DNA of 40,086 nucleotides from Bacteroidota bacterium (GCA_041493205.1 JBGPYM010000002.1:1-40086), one strand, 5' to 3'. Counted from the stretch's first letter, positions 8,992-19,524 are shown. Program-made: numbers and translations. The notes: generated from the sequence alone by a model not told the origin.

Positions 8992-10890
8992 ATGACAGGA
9001 GACCCGATGAACCCGCTCCGCGATGTCACGCTCTGCCTGCTCGGCTTATCCCTTGCCACCTCCTCCGCCTCGTTCAGCCAGGAGCGCGACAGGAGCAAGA
9101 TCCCCGACAAGTACAAGTGGAACCTGGCCGACCTCTATCCGTCCAAGGATGCATGGGCGGCGGAGAAGGAAGCGTTCACGAAAAGCCTGGAGATGGTGGA
9201 CAAGCTGAAGGGAACGCTTGCCCAGTCCCCGCAGTCGCTCCTGGCGTGCATGAGCACGGTCAGCAACCTCTCCCAGAAGTTCTCCAAGCTGTATGTCTAT
9301 GCGTCGCTCTCCTCCGATCTCAACCTGAATGACCCGCAGGCTCTTGGGATGGTGCAGGATATGGGGCAGGTGGGAGCCAAGTTCAGCGCCAAAGTGGCGT
9401 TCGTCCAGCCCGAGGTTCTGAAGATGGACCGGGCGGTGATCGACAAATTCCTTGCCGCAGAACCAAAGCTGGCGGTCTACCGCCATGACCTCGATGACAT
9501 CCTTCGCCGGAAGTCGCATACAGGCACGGAAAGCGAAGAGAAAATCATCGCGGACGCCGGCCTGATGGCCGACGGACCGGACAATATATACGGAGTATTC
9601 TCCAACGCGGAATTCCCCTTCCCGTCCGTCACCCTGTCGGACGGCAAAAAGGTGAAACTCGACAAGGCGGCGTTTAACCTCTACCGGGCGGTGCCGAACC
9701 GGGACGACCGCAAAAAAGTGTTTGCGACATACTTCGGAACATTGAACGATTTCGTCGGGACATTCGGCACGCAGCTCTACGCTGAGGTGAAGAAAGACAT
9801 GTTTTACATGAAGGCGCGCAACTACAAATCCTCCCTCGAATCCGCACTCGATGGCAGTAATATCCCCGTCGAGGTGTACAAAGGCCTCGTCAATAACGTC
9901 GACGCAAACCTTTCCACCTTCCACCGTTACCTCAAGCTCCGGAAACGGATGATGGGTCTCGACACGCTGCACTATTATGATCTCTACGCGCCCCTCGTGA
10001 AATCCGTCGACCTCACCTACTCCTACGAAGAGGCACAGAAGCTGATCCTCGCATCCCTGCAGCTGCTCGGGAAAGACTACACGACGGTTGCGGAACGCGG
10101 TTTCACCGAGCGATGGGTGGACGCCTACCCGAACGACGGGAAACGTGCCGGCGCCTACTCCCAGGGAGCTGCGTACGATGTACATCCGTACATGCTCCTG
10201 AACTACAACGGCAAGTACGATGACATGAGTACCCTGACGCATGAGTTCGGGCATACCATGCACAGTTACCTGGCAAACGCCAGCCAGCCCTACCCGACGT
10301 CACAGTATTCCATCTTTGTGGCGGAAGTTGCCTCGACGTTCAACGAGGCTCTGCTCATGAACTACATGCTCAAGTCGATCAAGGATGACAACGTGCGGCT
10401 CACGCTGCTCGGCAACGCGCTCGACAACATGAAGGGAACGATCTTCCGGCAGACACAGTTCGCGGAATTCGAGCTTCGCATCCACGAGCTCGCGGAATCA
10501 GGAAAGTCTCTGACAGGGGAGGGCCTGAATGACCTGTATGCGGAAATCACCAGGAAGTATTACGGGCACGACGCAGGCGTGTGCGTTGTGGACGACGAGG
10601 TGAAGGCGGAATGGTCGAACGTTCCGCACTTCTACTACAACTTTTACGTCTTCCAGTACGCGACATCGTTTACGGCATCGTCCGCGCTGTCGGAAGTGGT
10701 CCTCAGCGGCGACAAGTCGGCGCTCACACGGTACCTCGATCTCCTGAAGGCGGGAGGGTCAGATTATCCGATCACGCTCCTCCGGAACGCAGGTGTCGAT
10801 ATGACCACGGCCCATCCGTTCGAGCTAACGATGAAGCGGATGAACCGCATCATGGATGAAATGGAACAAATCCTCAATAAAAAGAAGTAA
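8992..10890 (+). CDS. pepF: Oligoendopeptidase F (M3B family), secreted form
   Basis: 632 aa. The zinc motif is THEFGHTMHSY. The N-terminus carries a signal peptide (MNPLRDVTLCLLGLSLATSSASF). AGGAG lies 12 nt upstream of ATG 8992, and an alternative ATG is at 9007. The rest of the 1095-aa track ORF is an antisense read-through. Confidence 0.9.
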   Translation: MTGDPMNPLRDVTLCLLGLSLATSSASFSQERDRSKIPDKYKWNLADLYPSKDAWAAEKEAFTKSLEMVDKLKGTLAQSPQSLLACMSTVSNLSQKFSKLYVYASLSSDLNLNDPQALGMVQDMGQVGAKFSAKVAFVQPEVLKMDRAVIDKFLAAEPKLAVYRHDLDDILRRKSHTGTESEEKIIADAGLMADGPDNIYGVFSNAEFPFPSVTLSDGKKVKLDKAAFNLYRAVPNRDDRKKVFATYFGTLNDFVGTFGTQLYAEVKKDMFYMKARNYKSSLESALDGSNIPVEVYKGLVNNVDANLSTFHRYLKLRKRMMGLDTLHYYDLYAPLVKSVDLTYSYEEAQKLILASLQLLGKDYTTVAERGFTERWVDAYPNDGKRAGAYSQGAAYDVHPYMLLNYNGKYDDMSTLTHEFGHTMHSYLANASQPYPTSQYSIFVAEVASTFNEALLMNYMLKSIKDDNVRLTLLGNALDNMKGTIFRQTQFAEFELRIHELAESGKSLTGEGLNDLYAEITRKYYGHDAGVCVVDDEVKAEWSNVPHFYYNFYVFQYATSFTASSALSEVVLSGDKSALTRYLDLLKAGGSDYPITLLRNAGVDMTTAHPFELTMKRMNRIMDEMEQILNKKK

Positions 10891-10905
10891 CGCGTCACTC
10901 GTGGC

Positions 10906-11040
10906 TTGACAGTGGCACCGGCGTCCCCCGTCTCGCGCGCCTTCGGCGCACGGACGAGGCTCGTCCCGCCAGAGGCGGGACGGCTGCCGGTGGTTGTTCC
11001 TCAGGAAGAGCGACGGGCGGAGACGCCCGTCCCACTGCAA
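10906..11040 (-). repeat. REP/BIME-like composite palindromic element, long copy
   Basis: The 135-nt block has imperfect terminal inverted repeats and three internal stem-loops, at 10937-10949, 10963-10981 and 11012-11031. About 78 nt recur in inverted orientation at 33006-33079. Confidence 0.75.
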
Positions 11041-11050
11041 AGGGTTGCCC

Positions 11051-11476
11051 CTACCTCGGCCGGATGATCCGCACGAGAGCCTCATAACGGGCATGCAGGA
11101 CTTCGGCGGCCTTCAGCAGCCGGGTTGAGTCATTCACGCTCACCGCTTCTGCATACTCTTTCACTGCGCTCCGCAGATCCACCACACCTCGATCCCACAA
11201 AGCTTTCTTCTCCTTGAGTCTCACGGGAAGCGTTGCTGCCGCGACGCTGTCCATGCCCGATTTCACCCCCGGGAGTAGCGCGGCGAGCTTCTCTGTGTCT
11301 TTTTTCGGCCATGCGACGTGCCAGAGTACGGAGATCACTTCATGATACCGGTCGAGCGCCGGGACGCCTGCCACGGAGTCGGCAGTGGCGGTGCCATGGG
11401 TCTCCTGCGCGAATCCGGGGAGAATCCCCGCAAGAAGGGTGAGGAACAACAGTGTGAAACGAAGTGTGAGGCGCAT
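11051..11476 (-). CDS. Secreted hypothetical protein (helical, 141 aa)
   Basis: The signal peptide is MRLTLRFTLLFLTLLAGILPGFAQE. The rest of the composition is helix-rich. I recognise no motif. Confidence 0.6.
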   Translation of the reverse strand: MRLTLRFTLLFLTLLAGILPGFAQETHGTATADSVAGVPALDRYHEVISVLWHVAWPKKDTEKLAALLPGVKSGMDSVAAATLPVRLKEKKALWDRGVVDLRSAVKEYAEAVSVNDSTRLLKAAEVLHARYEALVRIIRPR

Positions 11477-11522
11477 GGGATATCCAGGTGGTTGGGTGTG
11501 TGGGTGACCCGGCGGGTTGCCC

Positions 11523-12512
11523 CTACCGGTAACTGTTGAGAGCCTTCATGTAATTGGCGCGTTCGAACGCGGCCGGATCGGCGATCGACTTCTGGCTCAT
11601 GCTCCCGCGCATCTGGTTGACCGACACGTATTCGTGTTCGAGCATCCATTGATCGATCCCGGTGAGGACTTCCCGGATATGTTCCGGGCCGTGCCGCAGG
11701 AGGGCCGAGCACATCATGGTGACGTCGGCACCCGCCATCAGCATCTTCAGGACGTCCTGGGCCGTGTGGATGCCGCTGGTCGCGGCAAGACTCGCCTTGA
11801 CATGCCCGTGAAGAATGGCAATCCAGCGGAGCGGCAGCCGGAGGGCCTGCGATGTGCTGAGATTGACGTTCGGCGCCACTTCCAGAGTTTCGAGATTAAT
11901 GTCGGGCTGGTAGAACCGGTTGAAGAGTACAAGGGCGTCCGCCCCCGCGGTGTCGAGCCGGGCCGCCATGTTGGCCATGGAGCTGAAGAACGGGCTCAAC
12001 TTCATCGCCACCGGAATCTTGACAGTGTTTTTGACCGCATGCAGAACTTCAAGGTACCGGTCTTCCACGTCCGCGCCCGTGAGTTTCCGGTCGGTGGGAA
12101 TATAATAGACATTAAGCTCAAGGGCATCCGCCCCCGCTTCTTCAATCTTCTTGGCGAACTTCACCCAGCCGCCGGTCGAAACGCCGTTCAGGCTGCCGAT
12201 CACCGGGATGCCGAGCGCCGCCTTCGCCTTGTGCAGCAGCTCGACGTACTCTTCCGGCCCGAGGTTGTAATCGCCGGTTTCTGGAAAGTACGTGAGGGCC
12301 TCGGCAAAGCTTTCCGTGCCGTACGAGAGGTAGTGATCGAGCTCCATCATCTCATGCGCAATCTGCTCCTCGAAGAGGGAGTACATGACGATGGCTGCGG
12401 CGCCGTTATCTTCGAGCCGCTTCATCCCGTCCAGGGTATGCGAAAGCGGGCCCGCCGAAGGGACAATCGGGTTCTTCAATGCAAGCCCGCAGTACGTCGT
12501 TGAGAGATCCAT
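11523..12512 (-). CDS. Dihydroorotate dehydrogenase-like protein (DHOD/DHPD TIM-barrel family)
   Basis: 329 aa with [20 protein letters not shown] and [12 protein letters not shown]. It starts 35 nt downstream of nifJ. Confidence 0.8.
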   Translation of the reverse strand: MDLSTTYCGLALKNPIVPSAGPLSHTLDGMKRLEDNGAAAIVMYSLFEEQIAHEMMELDHYLSYGTESFAEALTYFPETGDYNLGPEEYVELLHKAKAALGIPVIGSLNGVSTGGWVKFAKKIEEAGADALELNVYYIPTDRKLTGADVEDRYLEVLHAVKNTVKIPVAMKLSPFFSSMANMAARLDTAGADALVLFNRFYQPDINLETLEVAPNVNLSTSQALRLPLRWIAILHGHVKASLAATSGIHTAQDVLKMLMAGADVTMMCSALLRHGPEHIREVLTGIDQWMLEHEYVSVNQMRGSMSQKSIADPAAFERANYMKALNSYR

Positions 12513-12547
12513 GTGTGTGATTCCCGCAATAGGTGAATGGAGTCCGG

Positions 12548-15500
12548 TCAGTGTGCCGCGGGTGCGGGGGTCTTCGCCGGTGCAGCGCCGTCCCCGTCCG
12601 CCGCGAGCTCTTCATAGACCTTCCAGCGTTTCTTCACATCCTCTTCCGCGAGCGCCATCAGCCGCTTCGCTGCTTCCGGGTCGCTCTTGGTGAGCATCTT
12701 ATACCTGGCTTCACGGTACGCATACTCTTCGAACCGGATCCGCGGCGCTTTGGAGTCAAGTTTGAAGGGATTCTTTCCTTCGCGCCCCAGCAGCGGATTG
12801 AAACGGTAGAGGGGCCAGTGCCCGCTTTCCACTGCCGCCTTCTGGTTCACCATGCCGGTGGTCATGTTGATGCCATGGGCAATACAGTGCGAATAGGCGA
12901 TGATGATGGAGGGACCGTCGTATGCTTCCGCTTCCATGAATGCGCGGATCGTTTGCATATCGTTCGCGCCCATCGCCACCGCCGCGACGTACACACTCCC
13001 ATACGACATTGCGATCAGACCGAGGTCTTTCTTCGCAAGCGGTTTGCCGCCGGCCGCAAATTTGGCCACGGCAGACCGGGGGGTGGATTTGGACATCTGT
13101 CCGCCCGTGTTGGAATACACCTCCGTGTCGAGCACGAGGATGTTCACGTTCTTGCCTGATGCCAGCACGTGATCCAAACCGCCGAAACCGATGTCATACG
13201 CCCAGCCGTCTCCGCCGATGATCCAGACGCTCTTCTTCACGAGGCTGTCCGCGAGGCTGCGCAACTGGACCGCCTCGGGCGTCACGAGCCCGGCGAGTTT
13301 CTTCTTCAATTCCTCCACGCGCATGCGTTGTTCATGGATTCCCGGCTCGTCACCCTGGATCGCCCCGAGAATTCCCTGTGCAAATGTCTCTCCGATCGTT
13401 CCCGCAAGTTTCTGGACGAGCTCGCGCGCCATCTGCGTGTGCTTATCGATCGTCAGCCGCATGCCGAGGCCGAATTCCGCATTGTCCTCGAACAGGGAGT
13501 TGGACCACGCCGGCCCGCGGCCGTCGTTGTTCTGCGACCAGGGGGTTGTCGGGAGGTTTCCGCCGTAAATCGATGAACAGCCGGTTGCATTGGCGACGAC
13601 CATCCGGTCTCCGAAGAGCTGGGTGGCCAGTTTGATATAGGGCGTTTCACCACAGCCGGAACATGCACCGGAATACTCGAAGAGCGGTTGCAGGAACTGC
13701 GACCCCTTGACGGTGTCCACTTTCACCTGACGCCTGTCGGCTTCAGGCAGCGCAAGAAAGAAATCATAGTTGACGCGTTCCGATTCGCGGATGGCGGGCT
13801 GCGGCATCATGTTGATCGCCTTCAGGCGCGTTTCCGTCTTGTTCTTCGCCGGACAGACGTCAACGCAGAGACCGCACCCGGTGCAGTCTTCCGGTGCGAC
13901 CTGCACGGTGTACTTCATCCCCTTGAACTCGGTTCCCTTGTAATCCATCGCCTTGAACGTTGCGGGAGCCCCGCCCAGCCGCGCCTGATCGTACACCTTG
14001 ATCCTGATGGTCGCATGCGGGCAGACCAGTGCGCACTTATTGCACTGGATACAGATGGAGGAATCCCATACCGGGATTTCAAGGGCGATGTTCCGTTTTT
14101 CCCACTGCGCGGTGCCGGTGGGGTATGTTCCGTCCACGGGCATTTTGCTGACCGGGATCTGGTCCCCGAATCCCGCCATGATCCGGGCCGTGACGTCTTT
14201 CACAAACCCGGGTGCGGCGGGTGAGACCACCGGGGGCATTTCGATCGTGCTGGACGCTTTGGCGGGGACCTTCACCTCAAAAAGATTTGCAAGTGTCTGG
14301 TCGACGGCGGCGAAATTCTGCTCGACGACCTGATCTCCCTTTTTCCCGTATGTCTTCTTGATGGAATGTTTGATGGCTTCGATCGCCTGCGCGCGCGGCA
14401 GAACGCCCGAGATGGCAAAGAAGCAGGTCTGCATGATCGTGTTGACGCGCGCTCCCATGCCGGTCTGCTGGGCGACGTTGTATCCGTCGATGACGTAGAA
14501 CTTGATCTTTTTGTCGATGATCTGCTGCTGAATATGCCGCGGGAGCTTATCCCACACCGTGTCCGGGCCGAAAATGCTGTTGAGGAGGAACGTGGCGCCG
14601 GGGACGGCCGATTTCAGCACATCGAACTTCTCGAGGAAGAACCACTGGTGACATGCCACGAAATTGGCCCTATCCACAAGGTAGGTCGAATGGATGGGGC
14701 GCGGCCCGAACCGGAGGTGGGAGGTCGTTGTGGACCCGGATTTCTTCGAGTCGTACACAAAATACCCCTGCGCGTAGTTGGGCGTGTCTTCCCCGATGAT
14801 CTTGATCGAATTCTTATTTGCTCCGACGGTCCCGTCGGCGCCAAGCCCGTAAAACAGGGCGCGCACGACGTCGTCGCTTTCGGTGGTAAACGCCTGATCG
14901 TAGTCGAGGCTCGTGTGCGACACATCATCGTTGATGCCGACGGTAAAGTGGTTTTTCGGCGCAGGCTTTTTCAGCTCATCGAATACCGCCTTGACCATGG
15001 CAGGCGTGAACTCCTTTGACGAGAGCCCGTACCGGCCGCCGGTTACAAGCGGAAAGGACGTAAAGGGTGCGGTCCGTTCGGTCAATCCCTCGGCAATGGA
15101 AGTGATGACGTCCTGGTAAAGCGGCTCTCCCGCGCTTCCCGGTTCCTTCACCCGGTCCAGCACGGCGATTTTTTTCACGCCTGCGGGAAGGGCGCCGACA
15201 AAATGCGACGCGCTGAACGGGCGGAACAGGCGTACTTTCAGGAGCCCCACTTTTTCTCCGTGGGTATTCAGGTACTCGACTGCTTCCTGGGCCGCTTCCG
15301 CGCCGGAACCCATCATGACGATGACACGATCCGCAGACGGGGAACCCGTGTATTCAAAGAGCCGGTACTGCCGGCCGGTCAGGCCCGCAAACTTGTCCAT
15401 CTGCTTCTGGACAATGCCGGGGCATGCCCGGTAAAACGGATTGACGGTTTCGCGCCCCTGGAAGTAGACGTCGGGGTTCTGCGCCGATCCGCGCATGACG

Positions 15501-16138
15501 GGATGGTCGGGCGAGAGCGCCCGCTGCCGGTGGGCGTAGATCAGCTCGTCGTTGATCATCGTACGGAGGTCGTCATCGGTCAACTGTTCGATCTTCATCA
15601 CTTCGTGGGATGTGCGGAAGCCGTCAAAGAAGTGAAGAAAAGGGATACGGGTTTCGAGCGTCGCTGCCTGTGCGATCAGCGCGGTATCCATGACCTCCTG
15701 GACCGAATTCGACGCAATCATCGCAAAGCCGGTGCTGCGGGCAGCCATCACGTCGCTGTGGTCGCCGAAGATAGAGAGGGCCTGTGCGGCGAGTGACCGG
15801 GCCGAGACATGAAAAACGGTGGAGGTGAGTTCTCCCGCGATCTTGAACATGTTCGGAATCATCAGCAGCAATCCTTGCGACGCGGTAAATGTCGTCGCCA
15901 GCGCACCGGTCTGCAGCGCACCGTGAATTGCGCCTGCCGCCCCCCCCTCGCTCTGCATTTCAGTCACCGAAGGGACGGTTCCCCACAGGTTCGTCCGGCC
16001 TTGTGCGGACCATTCATCCGCCCATTCGCCCATGTTCGATGATGGCGTGATGGGATAAATGGCAATGACCTCATTCAGTTTGTGGGCGACATAGGCGGCG
16101 GCTTCGTTTCCGTCAATCGTGACCATGGTCCGTTTCAT
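12548..16138 (-). CDS. nifJ: Pyruvate:ferredoxin (flavodoxin) oxidoreductase
   Basis: 1196 aa. It has two ferredoxin-type clusters ([12 protein letters not shown] and [12 protein letters not shown]) and a TPP-binding region ([16 protein letters not shown]). Confidence 0.97.
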   Translation of the reverse strand: MKRTMVTIDGNEAAAYVAHKLNEVIAIYPITPSSNMGEWADEWSAQGRTNLWGTVPSVTEMQSEGGAAGAIHGALQTGALATTFTASQGLLLMIPNMFKIAGELTSTVFHVSARSLAAQALSIFGDHSDVMAARSTGFAMIASNSVQEVMDTALIAQAATLETRIPFLHFFDGFRTSHEVMKIEQLTDDDLRTMINDELIYAHRQRALSPDHPVMRGSAQNPDVYFQGRETVNPFYRACPGIVQKQMDKFAGLTGRQYRLFEYTGSPSADRVIVMMGSGAEAAQEAVEYLNTHGEKVGLLKVRLFRPFSASHFVGALPAGVKKIAVLDRVKEPGSAGEPLYQDVITSIAEGLTERTAPFTSFPLVTGGRYGLSSKEFTPAMVKAVFDELKKPAPKNHFTVGINDDVSHTSLDYDQAFTTESDDVVRALFYGLGADGTVGANKNSIKIIGEDTPNYAQGYFVYDSKKSGSTTTSHLRFGPRPIHSTYLVDRANFVACHQWFFLEKFDVLKSAVPGATFLLNSIFGPDTVWDKLPRHIQQQIIDKKIKFYVIDGYNVAQQTGMGARVNTIMQTCFFAISGVLPRAQAIEAIKHSIKKTYGKKGDQVVEQNFAAVDQTLANLFEVKVPAKASSTIEMPPVVSPAAPGFVKDVTARIMAGFGDQIPVSKMPVDGTYPTGTAQWEKRNIALEIPVWDSSICIQCNKCALVCPHATIRIKVYDQARLGGAPATFKAMDYKGTEFKGMKYTVQVAPEDCTGCGLCVDVCPAKNKTETRLKAINMMPQPAIRESERVNYDFFLALPEADRRQVKVDTVKGSQFLQPLFEYSGACSGCGETPYIKLATQLFGDRMVVANATGCSSIYGGNLPTTPWSQNNDGRGPAWSNSLFEDNAEFGLGMRLTIDKHTQMARELVQKLAGTIGETFAQGILGAIQGDEPGIHEQRMRVEELKKKLAGLVTPEAVQLRSLADSLVKKSVWIIGGDGWAYDIGFGGLDHVLASGKNVNILVLDTEVYSNTGGQMSKSTPRSAVAKFAAGGKPLAKKDLGLIAMSYGSVYVAAVAMGANDMQTIRAFMEAEAYDGPSIIIAYSHCIAHGINMTTGMVNQKAAVESGHWPLYRFNPLLGREGKNPFKLDSKAPRIRFEEYAYREARYKMLTKSDPEAAKRLMALAEEDVKKRWKVYEELAADGDGAAPAKTPAPAAH

Positions 16139-16356
16139 TGAGCTACCTTATCTATTGAGAGCATACACGTAATTGTAAGATTATTCACAAGGTCGGCGCA
16201 CCCTAAAACGCGAATATCATGCCATCAACCATGTGCCGAATTGGGGGAAAAATGCGGTAAAAAAGGCGTGGAATTCCAAGATTTGAGAATATCGGGGGAT
16301 GAACTGAGAATCGGGAAGCGCCGGGGGAGAGGAGAACGCCGGACGGGAGGGAACAG

Positions 16357-17388
16357 TCAGAGTGCCGGTTGTTGCTGCGTCAGACAGTGAAGAGTTCCCA
16401 GCCCCCAGACGAGATCGACGGCGTGAATGCCGACGACTTCCCTGCCGGGGAACAATTCGCCCAGGATGCCGAGGGCGATCCGGTCGTTCGGATCGTTGAA
16501 CGTCGGGACCAGGACCGCGCCGTTGGCGATGTAGAAATTTGCATAGCTTGCAGGAAGGCGGATGCCGTCGAATGTGACGGGGGAGGGCATGGGGAGCACG
16601 ATGACGTCGGGAGCAGACCCGCCTTCGAGCCGTGCTGCGAGGAGCCGCTCGCGGTTCTCGCGCAGCGGCACATGATTCGTGTCGGAGGTGTTTGGCTCCT
16701 CGCACAGAACGATCGTTGTCGCGTTGACAAACCGGGCGACGTCATCCACATGTCCGTGCGTATCGTCGCCCGCGATGCCCCGTCCGAGCCAGAGGATGGT
16801 GGAAACCCCGAGCGCTTCACGGAGGGCCTGCTCCATGTCCGCACGCCCGAGGCCGGGATTTCGTATCTGTACCGAGGGATCGAGAAGACATTCCTCGGTG
16901 GTCAGCAGTGTGCCGCGTCCGTTGACGTCGATGGCGCCGCCTTCGAGGACCAGCGGTTTCCCCTGATACGCCGGACGGAACGCCTTCAGCCCGAGCGCCC
17001 GCGCAGCGCGTGCGGGGATCATTGCATCCTTCTTCCAGTTCTTGTATTTCGCCCAGCCGGTAAACGAGAAATGATTGACGGCGATTGCGCGGGGGGGCGC
17101 ATCGCGCCGGACGAACATCGGTCCGATGTCCCTCGTCCAGGAGCGGTCGGTGGGCGCGCGGAAAAACTCAACGCGTGAACCATCGACGCCCGCCCTTGCG
17201 AAAACGCGCCGGGCTGAACGTTCATGTGCCGCCGATGCGACGATGATCCGCACGGACTCCCCGCGGACAAGCACGCGGACGATTGCGGCATAGACCCAGG
17301 GGATGGGAGCGAATTTGCCCGGCCAGTCGCTCGTGTTATGAGGCCATGCGAGCCACGTCGCCTCGTGCCGGTCCCATTCGGCCGGCAT
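16357..17388 (-). CDS. aguA: Agmatine deiminase
   Basis: 343 aa. The N-terminus is MPAEWDRHEATWLAWPH and the C-terminal catalytic Cys lies in GTLHCLTQQQP (PAD_porph family). Confidence 0.9.
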   Translation of the reverse strand: MPAEWDRHEATWLAWPHNTSDWPGKFAPIPWVYAAIVRVLVRGESVRIIVASAAHERSARRVFARAGVDGSRVEFFRAPTDRSWTRDIGPMFVRRDAPPRAIAVNHFSFTGWAKYKNWKKDAMIPARAARALGLKAFRPAYQGKPLVLEGGAIDVNGRGTLLTTEECLLDPSVQIRNPGLGRADMEQALREALGVSTILWLGRGIAGDDTHGHVDDVARFVNATTIVLCEEPNTSDTNHVPLRENRERLLAARLEGGSAPDVIVLPMPSPVTFDGIRLPASYANFYIANGAVLVPTFNDPNDRIALGILGELFPGREVVGIHAVDLVWGLGTLHCLTQQQPAL

Positions 17389-17426
17389 CCGGTAGCCGAG
17401 CGCTGCGGGGGAGTGGGCGGGGGATG

Positions 17427-18350
17427 TTATGACCGGGGACTCCAGGGTTCGTCGTTCATGAACCGGCGCGTGATACCGCCATACGCGTCAATGCGGCGGT
17501 CGCGAAGAAACGGCCAGTTGCGGCGGACATCTTCGATGCGGGCGGAATCGATTTCGGCTACGATGATCTCTTCCCTGTCGGCCGATCCTTCCGCGATCAC
17601 GATTCCCTGCGGATCGGCGATGAACGAGGAGCCCCAGAACTCAATCCCCGGACCCCCTTCCGCGGGTATTTCGTGGCCGACACGGTTGACTGCGGCGACA
17701 TAGACCCCGTTGGCGATGGCATGCCCGCGCTGCACGATCTGCCAGGCATCGCGCTGGGCCGCGCCAAATTCCGCCTTTTCGTGCGGGTGCCACCCGATCG
17801 CAGTGGGAAAAAACAGTGTCTCCGCCCCCTGCAGCGCAGTCAGGCGGGCTGCCTCCGGATACCACTGGTCCCAGCAGATCAACGTGCCCACCTTCCCCGC
17901 GGCGGTGTCGATCGCGGAAAATCCAAGATCGCCCGGTGTAAAATAAAACTTTTCATAGTACGCAGGATCATCCGGGATATGCATCTTTCTGTAAAGGCCG
18001 GCGATGGAGCCGTCAGCATCAATGATTGCGGCGCTGTTGTGATACACCCCCGCTGCCCGCCGCTCGAACAAAGGCGCGATGATAACGACGCGTTCCCTGC
18101 GTGCCAGCTCTCCCAGTGTCTGGGTGGTGGGACCGGGAATGGCCTCGGCGAGATCAAACTGGGCGACGTCTTCACGCTGGCAGAAATAGCGGGAGCGGAA
18201 AAGCTCGGGGAGGCAGATGACCCTGGCTCCCTGTGCGGCTGCCTGCTGAATCATTTCTGCCGCGTGCCGGAGATTTTCGTCGGGGCTGTTTCCGATCGAC
18301 ATCTGGATCAGTCCGATCGTCAGGCGGCGGGGAGTGGTGGGGGAAGTCAC
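17427..18350 (-). CDS. aguB: N-carbamoylputrescine amidase (carbon-nitrogen hydrolase)
   Basis: 307 aa. The nitrilase-superfamily catalytic residues sit in VICLPELF and GTLICWDQWYPE. It uses a GTG start and lies directly upstream of aguA. Confidence 0.88.
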   Translation of the reverse strand: MTSPTTPRRLTIGLIQMSIGNSPDENLRHAAEMIQQAAAQGARVICLPELFRSRYFCQREDVAQFDLAEAIPGPTTQTLGELARRERVVIIAPLFERRAAGVYHNSAAIIDADGSIAGLYRKMHIPDDPAYYEKFYFTPGDLGFSAIDTAAGKVGTLICWDQWYPEAARLTALQGAETLFFPTAIGWHPHEKAEFGAAQRDAWQIVQRGHAIANGVYVAAVNRVGHEIPAEGGPGIEFWGSSFIADPQGIVIAEGSADREEIIVAEIDSARIEDVRRNWPFLRDRRIDAYGGITRRFMNDEPWSPRS

Positions 18351-18386
18351 TGCGAGTGGGATCGTCGGTAGTGCATGGTGAAGTCA

Positions 18387-18415
18387 AATATACCCGGCGA
18401 CGTCCTGAAAATCAA
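18387..18415 (-). promoter_or_regulatory. Candidate sigma70-type promoter of aguB-aguA
   Basis: Minus strand reads TTGATT (18410-18415), a 17-nt spacer, then TATATT (18387-18392). Confidence 0.55.
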
Positions 18416-18427
18416 GATATGGTTCCC

Positions 18428-18456
18428 TTGACAATCGGCGGATTTTCGGGTATGTT
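18428..18456 (+). promoter_or_regulatory. Candidate sigma70-type promoter of the DUF2085-to-repeat-protein unit, leaderless geometry
   Basis: TTGACA (18428-18433), a 17-nt spacer, TATGTT (18451-18456), 5 nt, then ATG at 18462. There is no room for a Shine-Dalgarno sequence. Confidence 0.55.
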
Positions 18457-18461
18457 GCGCC

Positions 18462-18980
18462 ATGCGTTACGCCCGCGTCACATATTTCGTGATCGCGGCA
18501 GGAGCAGCACTCTGGTGTCTGATGATTCTCCTTCCCGCGCTCCTGACGGCGTCGGGCGGATCGCCGGGACAGACAGGGCAGATGATCGCCGCGCTGTTTC
18601 GCCCGCTCTGCCACCGGCTCGATGAACGCTCGTTCCACCTGTTCGGTGTCGCGCTTGCCGTCTGCTCCCGGTGTTCTTCCATTTATTTCGGGTTTCTCCT
18701 CGGGACGCTTGCTTACCCGCTGATCAGAAATCTCCGCACGCCGGTGCTGCCGGGGCGGATCTTCCTCGCGGCGGCCGCGTTCCCGATGCTCGTCGACGTG
18801 GCGTCAGGCATGCTCGGGCTGTATGAAGTCACGAACGTGTCGCGCGCCGTGACGGGGGGTTGGTTCGGCCTCCTGTCACCGTATCTGGTGATTCCCGGTG
18901 CGACGGAGGCGATGGACGGGCTCCTCCACCGCGCGCCACCCACAATGAACCACTCAGAGAAAGGACCAACCGATGCCTGA
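18462..18980 (+). CDS. DUF2085-family membrane protein
   Basis: 172 aa and multi-pass. The Cys/His motif PLCHRLDERSF ... CSRCSSIYFG is typical of DUF2085. Confidence 0.75.
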   Translation: MRYARVTYFVIAAGAALWCLMILLPALLTASGGSPGQTGQMIAALFRPLCHRLDERSFHLFGVALAVCSRCSSIYFGFLLGTLAYPLIRNLRTPVLPGRIFLAAAAFPMLVDVASGMLGLYEVTNVSRAVTGGWFGLLSPYLVIPGATEAMDGLLHRAPPTMNHSEKGPTDA

Positions 18981-19500
18981 AAAACCGAGCAAGCTCATGC
19001 CTGCCCTCTACGGCGGCGTCATCATGGGACTCATCTCCGGCATTCCGTTTCTGAACCTGGTGAACTGTCTGTGCTGCGCGGGCGTGATGCTTGGCGGGTT
19101 CATGGCGGTCTTTTTTTACCAGAAGGACCTGACGCCGGACAAAGGCCCGCTGACCAACAGCGACAGCCTCCAGCTCGGAGCGCTTGCCGGAGTCTTTGGT
19201 GCGCTAGTCGGTCTTGTGCTGACCGTACTCTTTCACTTTGCGCTCGGCGCTGCAGCAGGCGAGGCGACCGGTAAGATCATCATGTCGATGTACGACAAGC
19301 TCGGCATTCTCGACAAGATGCCGCCGGAAGCAGTGGAACAGATGCAGCAGAGCATGAGGGAACAGGCGCTCTCACCGCTGACGATCATCCCGTCCTTCAT
19401 CATAGATCCCCTCTTCGGCCTGATCGGTGGTTTGATCGGCTATTCGGTGTACAAGCCCAAAGGCCCGGCAGCCGGCACGCAGCCTCCGGCGGCGGCCTAG
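18973..19500 (+). CDS. Small integral membrane protein (hypothetical)
   Basis: 175 aa with 3-4 hydrophobic helices and a CLCC motif. Its start overlaps the previous stop by 8 nt (ATGCCTGA). Confidence 0.6.
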   Translation: MPEKPSKLMPALYGGVIMGLISGIPFLNLVNCLCCAGVMLGGFMAVFFYQKDLTPDKGPLTNSDSLQLGALAGVFGALVGLVLTVLFHFALGAAAGEATGKIIMSMYDKLGILDKMPPEAVEQMQQSMREQALSPLTIIPSFIIDPLFGLIGGLIGYSVYKPKGPAAGTQPPAAA

Positions 19501-19524
19501 CGCAGGACACATCCTCACACACCG

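Noticed and set aside
9046-10263. 405-aa minus-strand ORF
   Set aside because: It is antisense to pepF, has a His/Arg/Val-rich low-information composition, and no motif.
11042-11055. 14-mer GGGTTGCCCCTACC repeated at 11514-11527, in both cases spanning the stop codon (TAG) of a minus-strand gene and the 9 nt after it
   Set aside because: It is intriguing because of the identical placement and because the first copy abuts the REP-like element. However, a single 14-nt match is within what chance can give in 40 kb of GC-biased DNA, and I found no further extension of the similarity. It is worth a genome-wide count only.
11517-12503. 328-aa plus-strand ORF
   Set aside because: It is almost exactly the mirror image of the DHOD-like gene. 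The DHOD-like frame carries the family motifs and the mirror frame does not.
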